DNA from: Amoebidium appalachense
Taxonomy: Eukaryota > Protista > Ichthyosporea
Direction: 5' to 3'
NCBI GenBank assembly: GCA_963693365.1
Contig: CAVNZM010000014.1
Coordinates: 4,960,001 to 5,024,000, forward strand
Length of the DNA: 64,000 nucleotides
In this document: in pieces, positions 1-41,114 of the stretch
Layout of the letters: each line of letters starts with the position of its first letter
How positions within the stretch are numbered: position 1 is the stretch's first letter
Program-made: the position numbers and the translations under genes
The notes under the pieces: generated by a model
What the model saw: the letters and a program-made list of their open reading frames with translations, nothing else
What the model was told of the DNA's origin: nothing
The model's database searches: none

Positions 1-359
1 CGAGGGGCAGGGGGGGTTGGGGGGGGGGGGGGGGGGGGGGGAGGAGCAAAGTCAAGAGACAGCGATTGTTCTTAAAGGGAGGGGCTGAAGGGGGCAAGGG
101 GACATATACCACAACCTCTTACAGTATTCTACCTTCTCCCTTCCCCCCCATAAAAAACAAAAAGGAAAGAAACAGCACACACACACATGCTCATGCACGC
201 ATACACACCCCAACAACAACAGCCATCACAACTCACCCCCCCCCCCCCCCCTTTCCAAAAACAAAACACACAAAGCAACCCCCCCCCCCCCCCCCCCCTT
301 CCCCTGCCCTTCCCCCCCCCCCCCCCCGGCCCCGCAAACACACACACACACACAAACAC

Positions 360-406
<47 letters not shown>

Positions 407-410
407 ACAG

Positions 411-24693
<24,283 letters not shown>

Positions 24694-26539
24694 TCTGATT
24701 GGAGGATTTTGGCCAATCGGCGGCGAGAGATTCGATTAAGGTGCTTTATCGCTATTTATGATGCTATTATAACTCACATATGATGTTTTGGATCTTAGAG
24801 CTACGGTGAACATGCAGCCTAGACATACGGGGTGTTGGTTGGAGGTTGGTTCTGAGATAAAACGTGTAGATCTTTCGACTATATGCTTGTGGGAGATTAT
24901 GATTTATGGCTTATTGCCTTCATAATCTATGTAAAATGAGTGAATGAATTAATGTAAACTCCTTTCCCTACTTTTTTTTTGGTTCTACTTTTTCTCTTGG
25001 TTCCCTATAAATATAGGGCCTGATTATATACGAGTGCAATTGCTGCCTTTATTGTGGTGCTGGTCAAGGTAGCAGATGATGAAACTTAATAATTAGTTCA
25101 CATGTTCTATCTGAAGACCCAATCTCAGGATGCATTTGACTACTACATGATAGCCACTTGGCTATTTTCAGGCAATGGAATACACCCTTGCCTACATAGT
25201 GCTATGAATTTACAGTGAGCATGTAACTGCGGCATGCCTACGAGCGCTTACGTATATATTATTTTTCCTTTTCCTTTTTTTCTCCTTGTTTCTCCCATGC
25301 TAATTTCCATCCATGGTTAGTAAAAGGCCTAGGAAGTGGTTTTATCTGTTGAAGTCCTCAGTGTCTTGCACTCACACATCGATATTTTAGTTCGATAGAT
25401 ATGAGAGTACTTCTCGTTGTTTCTTCCCTTTTCTGTTTGATCTATACCTTTTACCCCGATGGATAATGCAGCATGTGTATTAATAGGTTTGGTGCTATAA
25501 AGGAATTACGGCTTCACCAGCAGAGAATTAAGGGTGTGAGTATTAGCGTTGGATAGTGTGAACATGTCTCTTGGCCTTTAGACGGTACCTTTGCACATGC
25601 ACACTAGTCTAAAAATCCTCTCAAGTATATAACACTTTGCCAAGCAGGGATCGTATTAGGATGGTAGGTGTGGCATAGTGTTTCTTACCCCCCCAAAAAA
25701 TAACAAAACCTGGTTTATTAACCCCTTTTGATCAACTGAAAATGCATAGCATTTAGCCTAGTAGGCGATATGACATATGCCGGCTACCTCGCGTTTGTTA
25801 CCGTAGCCGAATATATGGCGACCATTGTGTGTGATATCTATCTGAGCCCAAATCGGTTCAGAGCCCACGCACCCTTTGCAATTGTTAGCGAGGCACTTTT
25901 TTGATGAAATAAAAACATTTCTCTGGAAAACGCAGCAAAACCGTTCGATCATTCGGGCAGTCCTGGGATGTGGACGTGTCGGTTGCTGGTTGATGTGTTG
26001 TAGTGTAGCATATTTATAACCAAACCAAACCCCCCCCCCCCCCCCCCCCCCCTGCCCTCCCACCACCACCACCACCACCACACACACATACACACACACA
26101 CATGCACACACGCGCACGCGCACACACGCACACACACACACACACACATCACGGCACACACCCCCGGCCCACAAACAAAACAAGAAGCCTTCTACCATGA
26201 AAAGTATGCAATTTATAGACAAAAAACTGGAATATATGGAGTTGCATGGATGCAGGTCACGTACATATTGTGATAAGTAACAAGCGTTCGGTTCGTAGGC
26301 TTTCAAGTGATGAATGCATGATACGGGAGCTGGGGGGATGGGGCGGGGCGGGGCTGGGGGGAGGGGGGGGGAGACGGGAAGAGGGGGGGGAGGGGGGGGG
26401 GGGGGGGGGAAGGAGGGGCCCCGGGGAAGGGAGCGGGGGGAAGGGGGGCATGAGCACGTCACCTGATAATAATTAGTGGAATAAATATTGTCACGTTTCA
26501 AATCTGCGCCCCCCCTCCCCCCCCCCCCCCCCCCCCCCC

Positions 26540-30090
<3,551 letters not shown>

Positions 30091-30624
30091 ATTCAATAAT
30101 CGATTCCGGATCCGATATCATGACACAGTGTGAGCCAACCTATGCCTCAGGCTATCTTCCTCAGCTTAGTCTATAAGATTAATAGGGGGGCCCCGGAGTT
30201 GGAAATCCAAAGGCCCTTGCTCAATGACATTGCATTGTGGGCCGTCGCTTCAAAACAAACTAAAAAATTACGGAAAAACACTAGAATTCTCCATGAATGC
30301 TTTCATTACCCTGCTAAATTAAAAATACGTTCATTGGATATTTGCCACCATGCCGCAGCCAATATATCCCACTACGGTATTTTGGCTGGTTGGTTTGGGA
30401 TTTGCACACCTGAATTTCAGAGTTTTCAAATGATTCTTTGGCTACGGTTGCCCCCATGCCATCACATCCGCATTTATGTACTCAGCTCTGCTCAGGTCTC
30501 ATGGTGATTACAATGCTCTGTGTGCACATACATGTAAAACGAATGATTAGTCACCATTTAACCCGCTTGCACACGTGTAACTGGGTCAGTATTTCCAGGA
30601 ATCCGCAGCTGCCCCCTCCCCCCT

Positions 30625-30672
<48 letters not shown>

Positions 30673-31908
30673 CCCTTCCCCCCCGGCGGCCTGGAGTTAT
30701 CCTCCCTGGATAATTTTAAGGCCCGAAATGATAATTTTCTGTTCGATGTGAGTCGTGCTATTAGCAAGCTGTAGCAGTAATTTGCATGTAGATCTAGATA
30801 ACTCTTGCATATATCTAAGTCGGGGACTTGTGCAAACAGTTTTTAGAGGGATCACGGTGGCAGGGTGTGGAATCGTAGAGTTCCTAATAGCTGTAGGCTT
30901 TGTTATCTGATTTAACCACCCCTCCCCCCCCTCCCCGCCCCTTCCCCATCCCCCCCTCCCCCTCACCCCCTCCGGAGCAGAAGTCGGGGGGGGGGGGGGG
31001 GGGGGGGGGGGGGGAGGGGGGGGGCGTATACGTATGCACGCCAGGCAGCTGTGCACGGCATGACACCCTGTTGACACACTCTTGGTTCGTTGATTTGTGT
31101 GCCGCAGCCACACACAAATACACATCCACACAGACATGCACACACACACACACACACACACAGGAAAAATTTGCATGTCTACGCACTGCGGCAAGTGTAA
31201 CTCTCGCACACACATATATATATATATATATATGATATATGAAACCCAAACACCCTTTCTCTGGCTTGTGATACATACACACTGACACGACGGCTTTTTT
31301 TCGTTGCCAATACCAAGCAAACACGTTGTGTGGAGGAAATGAAAAAGAATACGCATGGTTGTGCACCCGTAAGTCACCAGGCCTTGCAACCCCTGCCTAC
31401 CGGCATAATGGCATTAAATTTTCGGACTGGTGGATTAATTTCTCAGGCTGAAAATAGAAATATTGATGTTACGACCCCTAAACCCCTTACGACCCCTCAA
31501 ATTTAGATTTTCTGAAACTTCACAATTTCGCTAATTGTTTTTGTAGCCTGGACGACTACGATTTTGAAATTGTTTTGTAGGAATAATGGTCTTGCAGGCA
31601 AAGTCCCAGCTCTTACTGCTGTCTGCCAGTGGGAAGGTAACACTGAGGCTAGCGTCTAATAATTATGATTAGCTGCCTGCCCAATTATTGGCATATTAAA
31701 AATAAGACGGCTGATTGTGATTGCCAAGAACTTGGCATCTATCACTATGCCCCCCCCCCCCCCCCCCCCCCCTCCCCTCCCCTCACCTCTCTCCCCCCTT
31801 CCCCCCCCCTCCCCCCTCCCCCCCACACTTATCTTATTGATCAAGTCACGACCGGCATCCGGCCTGGTAGCTCCTAACTGACAAAAAAATCAGAAGCAAG
31901 TGAGTTAT

Positions 31909-32260
31909 GGGGCATTGATTTTGAACCCAGGGGGGGGGTAGTAGCAAGTTTTAGGGGGGGGGTACCCCTCACCCCGCGAGAGGTCGGGCCCCCCTCCCCC
32001 CAGGGGGGGGGAGGGGAGGTACCTCACCACCCCGGCCAGGCTCTTATATAGTACTATAAGTACTATATAGATAGTACTACTAGTAAGTACCATATAGTAC
32101 TATATGTTCACATATGAGGGGGAGGGGGGGGGGGGGTACCCACCACCCGCCGAGGGGACGGGTCTCCCCCCCCCCCCCCCCGGGGGGGGGGGTACCCACC
32201 ACCCCCCTAACCCCCGAAAATTTCTACTACACCCTCCCCGGTTTCAAAATCAACGCTCCC
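31909..32260. mobile_element. MITE-like non-autonomous TIR element (~350 bp)
   Basis: Left GGGGCATTGATTTTGAACC..GGGGTAGTAG is inverted against right CTACTACACCC..GGTTTCAAAATCAACGCTCCC. Flanked by direct TTAT (31905-31908 and 32261-32264). Central AT-rich TAGTACTA palindromes. Confidence 0.75.
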
Positions 32261-32640
32261 TTATGTATCCTACTGTGTGGGGGGAATGTGCTGTTTACTA
32301 TTTACCTTCAAGCGAGACTCGGAGCTGGCACGAATGCCAACGTAACAATGCATACATTAAGTACTTCCAGCCAAAAGGCACATACACTCTGAAGTTACGA
32401 GATAAATTGTGTGGTGCTCCATAAACAAAAGCCTTTTTTGAATAGTTTTTATTTTTATTTCAATGATTTTCGATTTTTTGTGTGTCTGTACAGTGTGTGT
32501 GTGCGCGCGTGTGTGTGCAGGTGCGTATGTTTGTGTTTGTGTTTGTGTGTGTGTGCATGTGTGCGGACGCGTGTGCGCGTGTGTGTGTGTGTTTTTGTAT
32601 GTATGTGTGCGTGTGTGTGTCACGGTGTGTGTGTGTAGAA

Positions 32641-33400
32641 CACTGTAGAACACAACAATAGTCGTCACGAAGTGGTTACCTTGCTACGAAAATCACACAG
32701 GAGCGTGTGGCCTGTGTCGGCTTTTTTAGTTCCAAAGTATCGGCGTTCACACGCATATTTACAAAGAAAAAAGTCATACCTATACAGCGATACTTGTTAG
32801 TGTTCTGTGTTATAAGTATCGCTGTATAGGTATGACTTTTTTCTTTGTAAATATGCGTGTGAACGCCAATACTTCGTAAGGGATTTTTGAATTTGAAATG
32901 GAGGGGGGGGAGAGTAGTAATTATCGACGTCCCCCATGGTGGTACCCCCCCCCCCCCCCCCCCCCCACAGGTTGCCGCAGGGATGGGTGGGTTCCCCCCC
33001 CCCCACCTGGCCGACTGGGGTGGTGGGTCCCCCCCCCCCCCCCCCCCCCTCCCCCCTGCATGCGCGTGATCGTATAAAAGAGTCTCCGACGTTTCCACCC
33101 ACCAAAGACGGTATTCGCTTTGGCCACTGATGCATATCCCCCTCCTCCCCCACCCCTCCATACACACACACACATTCACGTGCACACACACACGCACCTC
33201 ACATGCACGCGCGCACCCATACATGCACACACGCGCGCGCGCATGGGCGGCCGTACACGCACACGCACACGCACACACACACACATGTATGTACACACAC
33301 AGTGTCACACACACACACACACACATGTATGTACACACACACACACACACAGACAGACAGACACAAACGCGCGCACACGCGCACGCACACACATACGCGC

Positions 33401-33434
<34 letters not shown>

Positions 33435-34194
33435 AACACACACACACACACACACACAGACAGACAGAAACGCGCGCGCTCATACACGAACACACACGCG
33501 CGCACGCACCCGTACACACGCGCACACATGCACACGCAGTGGCACCCACACACACACAGTGTCACACACACAAACACACAAACACACACACAAACACACA
33601 CACACACACACCGTGACACACACACACACACACTATTCCCACCTGCGTTCGTGCCCCCCCCGGGGGGGGAGGGGGGAGGGGGGGGGGACGGGGGGGGAAG
33701 TATGACCGTATGGCGTCTAGCCTGAGATTAAGGAATCGTATCTATCAGTCAGCCTGAATGTTTACGTTTTGGCATTGTATGTAAACTGCTGCTGATTATA
33801 GTACTATTATGTGAACAGGTTATCTGATATAATATATTATTAAACTTTCACATTATGTCAGCCTATGGGGTGGGTGGGTCCAGGGGGGGGGGGGGGGGGG
33901 GGGGAGATCTCACGCTGCTCAGGTGGGTGGTGGGTCTCCCCCCCTCCTCCCCTGCAAGCCGGAGGGGTGGGTGGGTCCCCCCCCCCTCCGGGGTGAAGGG
34001 GGGGACCCACCTGTCCAAAGGGGGTTAGTGCGTTCCCCCCCCCCCCCCCCCCCCCCCCACCCCCCTTACTACTACCCCCCTCCCCATTTCAAAATCAAGA
34101 ATTCCTAATAAAAACACCGACACAGACCACACGCTCCTGTGTGATTTTCGTAGCAAGGTAACGAAGTTCGTGACCAGTGTTGCGTTCTACTAGT
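32641..34194. mobile_element. Non-autonomous long-TIR DNA element with CACTA/CACTG-like ends
   Basis: GTTACCTTGCTACGAAAATCACACAGGAGCGTGTGG (about 32675-32710) is exactly inverted at about 34127-34162. Termini are CACTGTAGAA and TTCTACTAGT. Sub-terminal TTGA(A/T)TTTGAAATGG..G-run..GTAGTA motif is shared with the 31909 MITE. No TSD identified. Confidence 0.7.
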
Positions 34195-34467
34195 CTCCAA
34201 GGATATGTACCCACTGGCTTATGTAAGTGGCCGGGCACTACTACGCCACGCATGCGGCAACAAAACAAAAAAAAAACAAAAAAAAGGCCGCAGGGAAGAC
34301 ACAGCACTCAGAGTTGACACATTGTACACGTAACGTTCTACTGTTAAGCGAAGAAGCCACAGTCTTACCCAATCAAAACACCTTCTTTGAATATGTCCCA
34401 AAGCCTCCCACAATCAAGCACCAAAAAATGCGTTCTGGCATAAATTGAATGTCGCCCCGTTCTAATC

Positions 34468-34628
34468 ATACTTACCTGGGCGGGAGTCGACCGTGATCAC
34501 GAAGGCGGTGGCTCTGTCGGCGGGTCTGGCCATTGCACTGGGGCCGGGCGGCTGGCACCATCACCCCAAAGTGGGTGACTGGACGTCAGAATTTGTGTTA
34601 GTGGGAGTGTGCGTTCGCGCCACTCCTA
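34468..34628 (+). ncRNA. U1: U1 spliceosomal snRNA
   Basis: 5' ATACTTACCTGG; SL1 loop GATCACGAAG (U1-70K site); SL2 loop CATTGCAC (U1A site); SL3 TCACCC-CAAAGT-GGGTGA; Sm site AATTTGTG; SL4 GGAGTG.GCG-TTCG-CGC.CACTCC; length about 160 nt. Confidence 0.96.
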
Positions 34629-34664
34629 CACTTTCCATCTGAAGCTGAAGACATCCATATGCGG

Positions 34665-36513
34665 GGGTTTACGTTGTTTACTCGAGGCAAAGAGAGATCA
34701 GTCTCAGGTATGGGGGGTTTTTGCTCGGAATATCCCCTCAGCGGTATACCATGATCACGTACAGAGATGTCGGGTGATGACTATATATCAGGGTTTACTT
34801 TCACTACGAGACACCATAAAGACTAAGAAAAATCAATTAGTTTGGGGGGGGGGGCTCCCCTGGGACATGATCACGTACATAGATGTCGGGTGATGACTAT
34901 ATATCAGGGTTTACTTTCACTACGAGACACCATAAAGACTAAGAAAAATCAATTAGTTGGGGGGGGGGGCTCCCCTGGGACACTCGGTATCAGCTGTTTG
35001 TGTGTGTGTGTGTGTGTGTGTGCGTGCGCTAGAATTTTGTAGTGAAGTGTTTCTCAAGCCAATCAATACATTTGAATGAACAGGTCGTAGTTACGCGTGT
35101 TTAGTATAAAATCAAGGATGTTGTAATTTACTGGTAGGCTATCTTTCTGGGTGTCTGTTGTGAATGTGACGTGTGTGTGTTGCGGTATTATGTGGTCTAT
35201 CAAACTACATTTGGCGATACATGACCGTTTAAACTGGTGTGTTTGGGCATGCAAACGATGCCACCTTATACTTATAATTATTAGATCTCCACCGTATAGC
35301 ACGTGTACAGTAAAAGCGTGGTAATTGATCAATAATACCATCAGCTAGAGAAAGACCAGTTCTACAGGAAGGTAATATGTATTTAGGTGTTATACATTTG
35401 CGAGTGCCATATTTGGCAATATGGTTGAGGCGGTCATTATATATAAAACGAGACATAAGGCTTGGTTTTTCAAGGTGTCTGCTTTCATCGGGTCTAGTGT
35501 CGTGTGGTATCTTTTTCCATTTGTTATATTGCGTGATTATCTTGTGATTGTGTACATGTTTAATAGGTAAGTGGCAGTCCAAAGTCACACGCACACTTTT
35601 GCGGGGTTTATTTGTATTTGTGCCCGGGGGAGAAGGAGAGAGAGAGGGAAGGAAAGAGGGGAGAGGTGAGGAGGGGACAGGTCGGATAGAGAAGAGAGGG
35701 TGGGAGGGCAAATACTTCTTTAAGCGGCTTATGTGCTTATTGAATTTCAGCGCGAGATGGGATACTCTAGCAGCTATTGGGACCAGACCATATATCGAGA
35801 GCGTTACAGGCCCAGGTTTACAATAGTTGTTAGATAGAAAGGAGGCAACTTCTGCTTCAAGAAAATTTGCCAAGAGTTTAAGCGCTCTAGTTCTCTCTTT
35901 CTTGATCCAAGCGGCGAGAAGGGGTAAACCATATTCACATGCCGGGAAGACAAAAGTGCAAATAAATGTAAGTCTAATAGAAGGACGGAGGGGTGTGTCT
36001 TTAAAAATATTAGCCGAGAAGAAAGCTAACCGCTTACGAGCCAACTCTACCCTCTTTTCGACCATATGGGAAAACATAACACCAACAGGATTAACCAGAA
36101 CACCAAGATATTTGTATTCTGGAACAATAGGTACAGGTTTAGATGATAATGTAAATTTGTGTAAATTGTTAGCTATATCAGGTACAAGAACACCACATTT
36201 GTCTATGTTAAGGATCATAAGGTTTGCCTTGCACCACGTAAGAGGAATGTGTTATCCATTATGGACCGGTGCTCACACCCCGAAGGTCAGTCACCCAATG
36301 CTCCCTTATTTGTGTGCACGTATCATGAGCTGATATCGAGTGTACCTACCAGGGGAGCCCGTAAAAAAAAAAAAAAAGAAAAAAAAAAAAAAAACACCTA
36401 ATCGATTCTCTTAGTCTTTATGGTAGAGTAAGAAAACCCTGATATATATCCGAGCAAAACCATTCCATACCTGAGACTGGTCTCTCTTTGACTCGAGTAA
36501 ACAGCGTAAACCC
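34665..36513. mobile_element. Element with long imperfect inverted repeats (34665-34995 and 36328-36513) enclosing a retrotransposon fragment
   Basis: Left GGGTTTACGTTGTTTACTCGAGGCAAAGAGAGATCAGTCTCAGGTATGG...CCATAAAGACTAAGA...GGGCTCCCCTGG...ACACTCGGTATCAGCT has a reverse-complement match on the right. The left arm carries an internal ~117-bp tandem duplication (34750-34866 and 34867-34981). Confidence 0.8.
35063..36240 (-). pseudogene. 5'-truncated non-LTR retrotransposon (LINE) ORF: RT domains 6-7, thumb and C-terminal Cys/His region, frameshifted near the end
   Basis: ORF 35229-36218, extended upstream by TWCKANL: WCKANLMILNIDKCGVL, PIVPEYKYLGV, RLTFICTFVFPACEYG, YILPSCR...RAIRWR...CP. The other frame continues FKRSCIAKC...NILDFILN. 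The catalytic YADD segment is absent. Confidence 0.85.
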
Positions 36514-38049
36514 AAAAGTTATCTAAAAGATCTGCAACGAAACAAGCGTACACCACTGATTTCTCTCTGGGTAGAATAATTCACCATCTGAAGTGATAAA
36601 CACGTCGAACTTCGGATCCCCATCTGACTTTCAAACCTCTATACCGATCTGGAGGGCATGCTATACTAGTAGACAACAGCATCAGTCGCTGGAGTCTTTA
36701 TGCCTTTTTTGGTGGGTTCGTGCCATATAGGGAGGCAGGCTGCAATGGCTAGTGAGTTCCTTGCAGGTCACCCTTAGTTGGGAAAAACGATCCAAGATGC
36801 TATTCAAGTTCCCAAGAAACTATGGTATATTCATGGGAGAAGGAAAGTGTCAACTGAGCAGATTAACAAAAGCATGATACATAGAAACAAGCAAACCCCA
36901 AGCTTTAGGAAAACAAGCACGCGCGCACACTTTCATATGCCTACAGAAAAGAAAAGATGCACGTGCTTCGAACCTTGGTCGTGTACTTGACACAAACGGG
37001 TCCAAACCGTTGGTAAAAGCTAAGGCACAACGTGCATCGAAAAGCGAACCGTGGGTGATAGTGGTTGCTTATGCTTCTTTTCGCTTAACGTTTATCACTT
37101 CGGACGTGTTGGTTGCTTATGTTCATTAGGCCTTGAAAGAGCATTATTACTTTTGAGTGTTGCCTTGTCTAATTCAGCCCATCAGTGCACCCCGCCCCTA
37201 TGCTTGTGTTGATATGTCTATCTGCGTGTGGATGTGCGCGCACACGCTTCCAGCTCATCACAACAAACAAAAAAGGGCAACATATACGTGCTTGCATATT
37301 TACGCTCTTAAAAGTAGCCGTATAAGTTTGAAAAAGATTAAGTTTGTAGAATTTGCCGTGTGCTAACAAACAAGACAAAGAAACATTAAGTGCTTGTTAA
37401 GTGTAGTATGCTTGTTTTTCACGTCAAGCCTTCTGCACCTCTCTCGGCTGATGTGCAAGTTAGGTCGTCGTAAGTGCAACGCCGGTTGTTATTCTAATAA
37501 ATAGTACTGAGCCTTTTGTTTGTTTCATGGACGCAAGATATCAACTAAACCTCCCATGATATATCGTTTAACGTTCTTTATTCACATTCCCAAGTCATAG
37601 CCTAGGTGACACTTTTGACCCGTGCTGTCCCGTACCCAATCGGTTGCGAACATGCCTAGTTAGATGTTCAGGCCAACACAACGTTAACGCTACACCTTAC
37701 CAAAGAAAAGGCTCGGCAAAAAGAGCAGTATCTATTCCAATGCAAAAAAAAACAGCAACTATGCCCAACAACCAAAGATTGCTGACAGCGAACAAATAAA
37801 TGCATCAGCGAAAAACTAGCTTCATGTTCCGAAACTTTCAGTGTGCAAGTCTACAACACCAAAGCTATCCAACCTAACTCGAATTATGTTAAATTACACC
37901 TATAAATAGCGTCGCAAAAACATGCTGAACAAATGCGCCGTGTCTGTTTTCCCCGACTGAGTTCTCGCTTTGTGCTCAAAACATTTCTTGCTTGACCGTT
38001 GTGTGTTGGGTGTTCGGGAAACGCCGGCTTGACCCACGACCAGGTGACA

Positions 38050-38180
38050 CAGGTCACGTGTCTCGAGATCGCAATCGGTTATGATTGGCTAAAGCCTGCA
38101 AATCGAGCGTCGTGATTGGTTGTTCCGATCGATCCGAATTTGAAAAAAATGGCGGGCATTCTTGGCGCCAAAAATTTGGC
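38050..38180 (+). promoter_or_regulatory. Candidate Ran promoter (E-box, two CCAAT boxes, CHR-like, YY1-like and E2F-like motifs)
   Basis: CACGTG 38055; ATTGG 38084 and 38115; TTTGAA 38139; AAAATGGCGG 38146; TTGGCGCCAAAA 38162. CpG-rich, 90-210 bp upstream of the ATG. Confidence 0.55.
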
Positions 38181-38264
38181 AACTCGCACACAGAAAACTG
38201 CAGTGCACGCAAGTCGACAGGCAGTATTATCATTCCATTTTTTGTTTTTGGTATATTCTTTACC

Positions 38265-41114
<2,850 letters not shown>

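Noticed and set aside
36245-36310. HDV-like ribozyme 5' of the RT fragment
   Set aside because: Hairpins are present, but I could not build the P1/P2/P1.1 double pseudoknot or place the catalytic C.
35548-36333. Plus-strand ORFs of 92 and 168 aa
   Set aside because: Antisense to the RT fragment, with no motifs of their own.
36600-36720. tRNA-Sec or other Pol III RNA (TTCAAAC motif, T6 run)
   Set aside because: No cloverleaf or A/B boxes could be assembled.
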